From positions 1 through 63,810 of the forward strand of contig JAOPTX010000021.1 in the NCBI GenBank assembly GCA_051532055.1: a DNA stretch of 63,810 nucleotides, read 5' to 3'. Each line of letters starts with the position of its first letter. Positions within the stretch are counted from its first letter, which is position 1. A model generated the notes under the pieces. It was not told the origin of the DNA. It did no database searches and saw nothing but the letters and a program-made list of their open reading frames with translations. The translations under genes and the position numbers were made by a program. Below are positions 58,240 to 63,810 of the stretch, one piece after another. The DNA is from Fibrobacterales bacterium (GTDB lineage Bacteria > Fibrobacterota > Fibrobacteria > Fibrobacterales > JAOPTW01).

Positions 58240-58345
58240 AATTAGGGGCAGAGAGTGTTTAGATCCGAGACGCAGACGGTGAAGACGTACAATGGTACGT
58301 CGAATTGGCTGCAACGAAGGGGATGAGTACTCTCTTCGCCTAATT
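58240..58345 (+). repeat. Structured palindromic element, copy B
   Basis: AATTAGG..GAGAGT / ACTCTC..CCTAATT outer arms, GCAG/CTGC middle stem, central GACGTAC-AATG-GTACGTC. Confidence 0.7.
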
Positions 58346-59560
58346 TCGGTGAAGCTTTTTGCGGGTTCCCAGCGGCGTCGGGAAGAAATTGATTATAGTG
58401 TATGAAGATATAACCATGGTCAGAACAGTGACAATCTGAATAAACTGCGATGCTTTACCAGATATGAGTCCATATTCGAGGGCAAAGAAAGCCATAATGA
58501 GTGAAAACTCACTGGATTGGCCGAGACGGTAGGAGATCTCTTTAGCGACTTTCTTGCGTTCGTTTATTGAACGGAAAAGGATGAGATATATTTGTGGCTT
58601 TAGGGCACAGAGAATCACGCCCAAGAAAATTGCGGGAAATATGATTGTTTGGGCTAAGACAAAATCGATTTTTGCACCAATAGTGAAAAAGAAAATAGCG
58701 AGGAAAAAGTCACGGAAAAACTTGAGTCCTTCTGCCAAAAAACGAGAAATTGGGTTATTTGCTAAGGTCACTCCGGCAATAAAGGCACCAATTTCATATG
58801 AAAACCCAAGGTAATGAGCAAGGAACGCAAGTGCAAAACACCAAGCGATAGTCCCAAGATACAGGACTTCATGATACTGGTCAACTTCGGCAATAATTTT
58901 TCGAATGACATAGCGTTCAAAGAGAAATGCGAGGACTACACCGACAATAAGAACAAAGGGGAGGAGATAGTAAGGGTAGAGTGATTGGGTATCGCTGCTT
59001 TTAATGAAGGTAATGACACTAACGGCGATGATATCTTGGATGATGAGGATAGAGATCGAAAGTGCACCCATGTGCTGTTGATGGAGGGTGGTTGTAGGGA
59101 GAAGTTTTACTACAAGAATGGTACTAGAAAACATGAGGGCCACCCCAATGACCATGGATTCAATAAAGGTAAAATCGATAATATATGAGAAGCTAAATAT
59201 GATACACGAGAAGATGAGTCCCGAAAAGAGGGTGATATAGAGCATCTGTTTGTATATGTCTTTCAACTTGTGGGGTTGTAGGCCAAGACCCGCTAAAAAA
59301 AGAAGGAGAGTAACGCCGATTTGTGAAATCCCATTTAGGAAGTCCATCCCTTTTACTACGGCAAGTCCAGAGGGACCGAGAATAACGCCTGCGAGAATAT
59401 ACCCAATAAGAATAGGCTGTTTCATAAAAATAGCCATAACCGAAAGAATGCCACTTACAATAATGATGATTGAAAGTTCTGAAAAAATGAGGTCAATTGC
59501 TTGAGCCGCAGTTGGTGTTGCAATCGCTGTGGCCACAGCTGTAAGAGTGTCTGCTCCCAT
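58340..59560 (-). CDS. Cation:proton antiporter (CPA2/KefB-like, no C-terminal KTN domain)
   Basis: QPILIGYILAG, SSTILVVK, ILIIQD, GAFIAG, SEFSL; start set at MGADT. Confidence 0.88.
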   Translation of the reverse strand: MGADTLTAVATAIATPTAAQAIDLIFSELSIIIIVSGILSVMAIFMKQPILIGYILAGVILGPSGLAVVKGMDFLNGISQIGVTLLLFLAGLGLQPHKLKDIYKQMLYITLFSGLIFSCIIFSFSYIIDFTFIESMVIGVALMFSSTILVVKLLPTTTLHQQHMGALSISILIIQDIIAVSVITFIKSSDTQSLYPYYLLPFVLIVGVVLAFLFERYVIRKIIAEVDQYHEVLYLGTIAWCFALAFLAHYLGFSYEIGAFIAGVTLANNPISRFLAEGLKFFRDFFLAIFFFTIGAKIDFVLAQTIIFPAIFLGVILCALKPQIYLILFRSINERKKVAKEISYRLGQSSEFSLIMAFFALEYGLISGKASQFIQIVTVLTMVISSYTIINFFPTPLGTRKKLHRN

Positions 59561-59669
59561 TGTGTTCAATTCCTTGGATCCTATGGGTCTATTGTACCAT
59601 TTATTCACAAATTGTGAAAGAATAAGTACCTTTAGAGTTAAGATGCAATGATTTTTTAAATGGGGTATT

Positions 59670-60452
59670 GTGAGAAATAAGTTACATGAAATAATCTATG
59701 AAGCAGATACCCCTGCTGGTAAGATTTTTGATGAAATCCTATTGTGGAGTATTATAGTCAGTGTTCTCGCTGTAGTGCTTGAGAGTGTCGAATCAGTGAG
59801 TACCAATTATTATGAGTTACTTAAAGCTGTAGAGTGGTTCTTTACTATTCTATTTTCAATTGAATACATACTCAGACTGGTGGCAGTAAGAAACCCCTTC
59901 TCTTATGTCTTTAGTTTTTATGGCATTGTTGATTTTCTGGCCATTGTACCAACGTACCTGAGTTTCATAATTGCCGGTCCTCAATATTTTATGGCTATTA
60001 GAATACTCAGGCTTCTCAGAGTCTATCGCATTTTTAAACTGGTGCGCTATACTAATGAAGCTCGAAATTTAATGGCTGCACTGAGGAACGCCCGCAGAAA
60101 AATGACGGTATTTGTCTCGGCAGTCTGCCTTGTGGTCATTGTCATTGGGTCAATAATGTATGTTGTTGAGCAGGATACTCCAGGTTTTGAAAGTATACCT
60201 TCAAGTATTTACTGGGCTGTAGTAACAATGACTACAGTGGGCTATGGTGATGTGGTGCCCTACACTCTTTTGGGGAAATTTTTTACATCACTTATGATGA
60301 TTGTAGGATATGGCATGATTGCGGTTCCAACGGGTATTATGTCGGTAGAGCTTTCACGAGTAGTGACCAATACTCAAGCGTGCCCTCGTTGTGGTGTTGA
60401 AGATCATTCAGACGATGCGAAATTTTGTAGAAAATGCGGAGCGACAATATGA
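59670..60452 (+). CDS. Voltage-gated-type potassium channel
   Basis: S4-like RILRLLRVYRIFK; TTVGYGD filter; C-terminal double CxxC. Confidence 0.93.
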   Translation: MRNKLHEIIYEADTPAGKIFDEILLWSIIVSVLAVVLESVESVSTNYYELLKAVEWFFTILFSIEYILRLVAVRNPFSYVFSFYGIVDFLAIVPTYLSFIIAGPQYFMAIRILRLLRVYRIFKLVRYTNEARNLMAALRNARRKMTVFVSAVCLVVIVIGSIMYVVEQDTPGFESIPSSIYWAVVTMTTVGYGDVVPYTLLGKFFTSLMMIVGYGMIAVPTGIMSVELSRVVTNTQACPRCGVEDHSDDAKFCRKCGATI

Positions 60453-62008
60453 AAGAGTTAGAAATGGCCGAAGTGGTAACGGTAAGCGAGATGCAGGGTA
60501 TTGATGCCGCTGCAATCGATGGTGATTATGCCGTAGGCTATCATTATATGAAGCGTGCAGGGGAAGCTCTGTATGCGAAGTCATTAGAAATTATTGCTGA
60601 TAATGGCCTTGAGGGTACCGTGGATATTTTCTGCGGAAAAGGTAATAATGGTGGTGATGGATTTGTACTCGCTGCCCTTCTGAAAGAGAAGGGAGTTGGG
60701 GTGCGCTGTTACAGTGTTGCCGCTGGCGGGAAGTTGATGGGTGAGGCTGCTCAGGCATTTAAGGATGCTATTGACGTGGGAGTTGATGTACTTCCTATGG
60801 ATCCTGAAGTTATTGTCGAGTCATTTGTCGATACCTGCCTGATTATTGATGCACTTCTTGGAACAGGTATGAAGGGTAATCCTAAGGCTCCTCTTGATCA
60901 GGTCATTGGATACATTAATAATTCGGGAATATTAATTCTCTCTGTTGACTCTCCTTCAGGAGTTAATAATGAAAGGGGAATTCCGGGTGATCCTTGTGTT
61001 GAAGCTGATTACACAGTAACTATGGGTTTTGCAAAAGTGGGAAGTCTTTTTTATCCTCTGCGGGATTACTATGGTGAACTTACCATTGCGGACCTTACAT
61101 ATCCTGAAGATATTGTTGAGCAAGAGTCGGCGGCTCGTTATGTGATTGATGATACCATCCTAGAGATGGTGCCGTTACGAACTCCTTGGGGTGATAAAGT
61201 CGATCATGGTGTTGTATTAGTGTTAGCAGGGTCAAAAGGGATGCTTGGGGCTGCAACATTAGCATCACAAGCTGCTTTACGTACCGGCTGTGGAATGGTC
61301 CATCTTGCTGCGCCAGATTCTGCAATTGATACGCTTTCAATCAAACTTACCGAGCCAGTTCTCCATGGGTTACCGCAGACGGAAGCGGGAACACTATCTT
61401 TGAAAGGATTGAGTACTATTCGTGAATATGCTGAAAAGGCATCAGCACTCTGTATTGGGCCAGGTCTATCGACTCATCCTGAGACGGCTCAACTGGTAAA
61501 GGCTTTAGTTAAAACCGTTAACATTGGCTTGGTTATTGATGCTGATGGGCTCAATGCTCTTGCAGATTCGGTTGATGTTCTTAAAGAAGCGAGGGCAGAT
61601 ATTGTACTGACTCCTCATGCTGAAGAATACAGACGTCTTTTTGGGAAACTTCCTATTGGTATCGAAGAGAAAGTTGATGCTATTCAAGCAACCGCTGAAA
61701 AATATGATATTACGATCGTTTATAAAGGATACCCTACAATAGTGGCAACACCAGATTCGGTTTATTTTAATCCCTATGGCAACTCTGGAATGGCAACCGC
61801 AGGTTCAGGTGATGTTTTAAGTGGTGTAATAACCTCACTTATTGCTCAAGGGTGTAGTGTCAAAGAAGCTGCTCTTTTAGGAACCTATATACACACAACA
61901 GCGGGTGATGTAGCCGCTGAAGAACTTTCAGAATATTCCATGATTGCGAGTGATATTGTTGATGCAATTTCACAGGTCATGGTAAATAGTACAGGAATAT
62001 ATGGCTGA
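60449..62008 (+). CDS. nnr: Bifunctional NAD(P)H-hydrate epimerase/dehydratase
   Basis: GKGNNGGDG, DALLGTG, IGPGL, DADGLN, TPH, MATAGSGDVLSG; ATGA overlap with channel stop. Confidence 0.94.
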   Translation: MKELEMAEVVTVSEMQGIDAAAIDGDYAVGYHYMKRAGEALYAKSLEIIADNGLEGTVDIFCGKGNNGGDGFVLAALLKEKGVGVRCYSVAAGGKLMGEAAQAFKDAIDVGVDVLPMDPEVIVESFVDTCLIIDALLGTGMKGNPKAPLDQVIGYINNSGILILSVDSPSGVNNERGIPGDPCVEADYTVTMGFAKVGSLFYPLRDYYGELTIADLTYPEDIVEQESAARYVIDDTILEMVPLRTPWGDKVDHGVVLVLAGSKGMLGAATLASQAALRTGCGMVHLAAPDSAIDTLSIKLTEPVLHGLPQTEAGTLSLKGLSTIREYAEKASALCIGPGLSTHPETAQLVKALVKTVNIGLVIDADGLNALADSVDVLKEARADIVLTPHAEEYRRLFGKLPIGIEEKVDAIQATAEKYDITIVYKGYPTIVATPDSVYFNPYGNSGMATAGSGDVLSGVITSLIAQGCSVKEAALLGTYIHTTAGDVAAEELSEYSMIASDIVDAISQVMVNSTGIYG

Positions 62009-62579
62009 TACAGTAATTGATGATAATGACATAAAACCGGTAATTATACTGCAACCCTTTTGGCATTTTTTCACGCTCTCACTGGTGAGTTGTGGTCTCT
62101 ATCCCATGATATGGGCATACGGAATATGGGTGCAACTACGCAATGATAATGAGATGTATCACGATAAGTTTTTGAACATTATCTTACATCCTATTGTACG
62201 GGTACTATTTGACTGGCTTTTCTCATTTAGCCTCTTTAGGCATGTAACTAGCGCTGCAGTGAAACAAAAAGTTCTGGTAGATTACTCGCCTTTTCTTTTC
62301 GCAGCGGCCTTTAGTTTTCTCAGAATATTCAGCCAGCAGCTGGCCTTTCCGTGGCTTATGCTCATATTTATTTTTTGGGTACCTTACATTCCACTCTTCT
62401 TTACTTATAGAAAGTATCTTGAGGCAAAAGAGGCCGTTTGTGTATACCGATCGCGCCTCAGACTTTGGGAAATTATAATTTTGGTGTTAGGAGTCTATGG
62501 TAGTATGGGTATTCTCACCATGGCATTCAATCCCGAGCTTCTAAAGCAGGTACAAGAGATGTACGGTATAGTAAACTAA
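62001..62579 (+). CDS. Hypothetical multi-pass membrane protein
   Basis: Hydrophobic helices; LSLVSCGLY..IW resembles a DUF4234-type start; overlaps nnr stop. Confidence 0.7.
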   Translation: MADTVIDDNDIKPVIILQPFWHFFTLSLVSCGLYPMIWAYGIWVQLRNDNEMYHDKFLNIILHPIVRVLFDWLFSFSLFRHVTSAAVKQKVLVDYSPFLFAAAFSFLRIFSQQLAFPWLMLIFIFWVPYIPLFFTYRKYLEAKEAVCVYRSRLRLWEIIILVLGVYGSMGILTMAFNPELLKQVQEMYGIVN

Positions 62580-62600
62580 ATCCCCAAAAAACATCAAAAC

Positions 62601-62638
62601 AAAAAAGTCCCATTCTGCAAAGCAGTAGTGGGACTTTT
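62601..62638. terminator. Bidirectional terminator-like hairpin
   Basis: AAAAAAGTCCCATT...AGTGGGACTTTT between convergent genes. Confidence 0.75.
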
Positions 62639-62660
62639 ATATATCATGTGAATTTTGTGG

Positions 62661-62747
62661 GAGGGTGGTGCTTATGCAAGGCGCTGAATCACAGGCATAC
62701 TTATGAGTATGTCAAGGAGTCAGCAACGCCGCAATAGTATCGCCATC
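62661..62747 (+). repeat. Structured palindromic element, copy C
   Basis: GGTGGTGCT/AGTATCGCC outer, GCTGA/TCAGC middle, central GGCATACT-TATG-AGTATGTC. Confidence 0.7.
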
Positions 62748-62833
62748 GCGCCTGCCCTCTCGGTCACTCAAAAATGCTGTCGCATTTATTGAATAACCTG
62801 CCGGGGTACTTGACACTATTCGTGTCAAGTTAA

Positions 62834-63810
62834 TTAATAGCGGTAATGGTCAGGTTTATACGGCCCATCAACCGGTATTCCAAGATAGTCAGATTGCTCT
62901 TTAGAAAGAGTCGTTAATTTCACACCGAGTTTATCAAGGTGAAGGCGCGCAACTTTCTCATCAAGGAATTTAGGCAGAGTGTATACTTCATTTTTATATG
63001 AGTCATTGTTTTTATGAAGCTCAATCTGTGCTAATACTTGGTTAGTAAATGACGCAGACATAACAAATGATGGGTGGCCTGTAGCACAACCAAGATTGAG
63101 TAGACGGCCTTCAGCGAGAATAAGAACTGAGTGTCCATCTTTGAATGTCCATTTGTCGTATTGTGGTTTGATATTTGTTCTAACAATACCATCAAGTTTA
63201 GCCATTTGAGCCATTTCGATCTCATTGTCAAAGTGACCAATGTTACCAACGATAGCCATGTTTTTCATGCCTTCCATATGTTTTGCAGTAATGATATCTT
63301 TATTACCAGTTGTAGTAATGTAGATGTCTGCAGTTGCGAGTGCATCTTCAACAGTAGTAACTTCATATCCTTCCATTGCGGCTTGAAGCGCACAGATTGG
63401 ATCGATTTCAGTTACAAGAACACGTGCGCCTTGACCTTTGAGTGATTGAGCACAGCCTTTACCAACATCACCGTATCCACAGATAACTGCGATTTTACCG
63501 GCAAGCATGACGTCAGATGCACGCATGATTCCATCAGTAAGTGAGTGACGACAGCCGTAGAGGTTGTCAAATTTAGATTTAGTTACTGCATCATTTACAT
63601 TGATAGCTGGGAATGGAAGTTTTCCTTCTTCAGCAATCTGGTATAAACGGTGAACACCAGTAGTTGTCTCTTCAGAAACACCACGGATTGCATCACGCAT
63701 TGTAGTCCAGCGACCTGGAGCTTCAGCAATAGTTGTTCTACAAAGCTCAAGGAATACACCCCACTCTTCTGAATCTGTTGCTTGAGTAGCTGGAACTGCA
63801 CCAGCAGCTT
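62834..63810 (-). CDS. ahcY: Adenosylhomocysteinase (5'-truncated by window edge)
   Basis: [42 protein letters not shown]; frame stays open to the window end. Confidence 0.98.
   Translation of the reverse strand, partial: AAGAVPATQATDSEEWGVFLELCRTTIAEAPGRWTTMRDAIRGVSEETTTGVHRLYQIAEEGKLPFPAINVNDAVTKSKFDNLYGCRHSLTDGIMRASDVMLAGKIAVICGYGDVGKGCAQSLKGQGARVLVTEIDPICALQAAMEGYEVTTVEDALATADIYITTTGNKDIITAKHMEGMKNMAIVGNIGHFDNEIEMAQMAKLDGIVRTNIKPQYDKWTFKDGHSVLILAEGRLLNLGCATGHPSFVMSASFTNQVLAQIELHKNNDSYKNEVYTLPKFLDEKVARLHLDKLGVKLTTLSKEQSDYLGIPVDGPYKPDHYRY

Noticed and set aside
58023..58345. CRISPR array or tRNA in the palindromic spacer; also the 66-aa ORF 58062-58262
   Set aside because: No regularly spaced identical repeats, no cloverleaf, no cas genes; the ORF lacks an RBS and runs through hairpins

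Overview
Bacterial chromosomal window, most likely Fibrobacterota or a related FCB-group lineage. This is inferred from FISUMP/Fib_succ_major-type domains, a PorV-family gene and T9SS-like C-terminal tails. I found no rRNA, tRNA, CRISPR array, transposase or reverse transcriptase. Left arm (1-20 kb): fabD-fabG-acpP-rnc, a lipoate ligase, a YejABE/Dpp-type peptide ABC transporter whose two ATPase pairs flank an AmmeMemoRadiSam (amrS-amrB-amrA) cassette, RNA methyltransferases, acpS and ung. Centre (20.3-42.8 kb): seven minus-strand genes, most followed by their own terminator-like hairpin, encoding modular surface or secreted proteins. They share lipoprotein base modules, carry stalks of 1, 8 or 23 InlB-B/Flg_new repeats, and end in alternative tips (GH12-like, FISUMP, FGE-like). 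The island shows local sequence homogenisation and a recurring promoter grammar (CRP-like box, TyrR-like TGTAAA-N6-TTTACA box, TTGTAAGC). Right arm: ackA-pta-CLC, purB, a MerR regulator with a mer-like operator driving a metal permease, an unannotated 47-aa ORF, a PorV-like barrel with a large beta-propeller insertion, a triple FKBP, ion channels, nnr and a partial ahcY. Three diverged copies of a structured palindromic element lie between convergent genes. All family assignments are from motif recognition by eye, not database searches.
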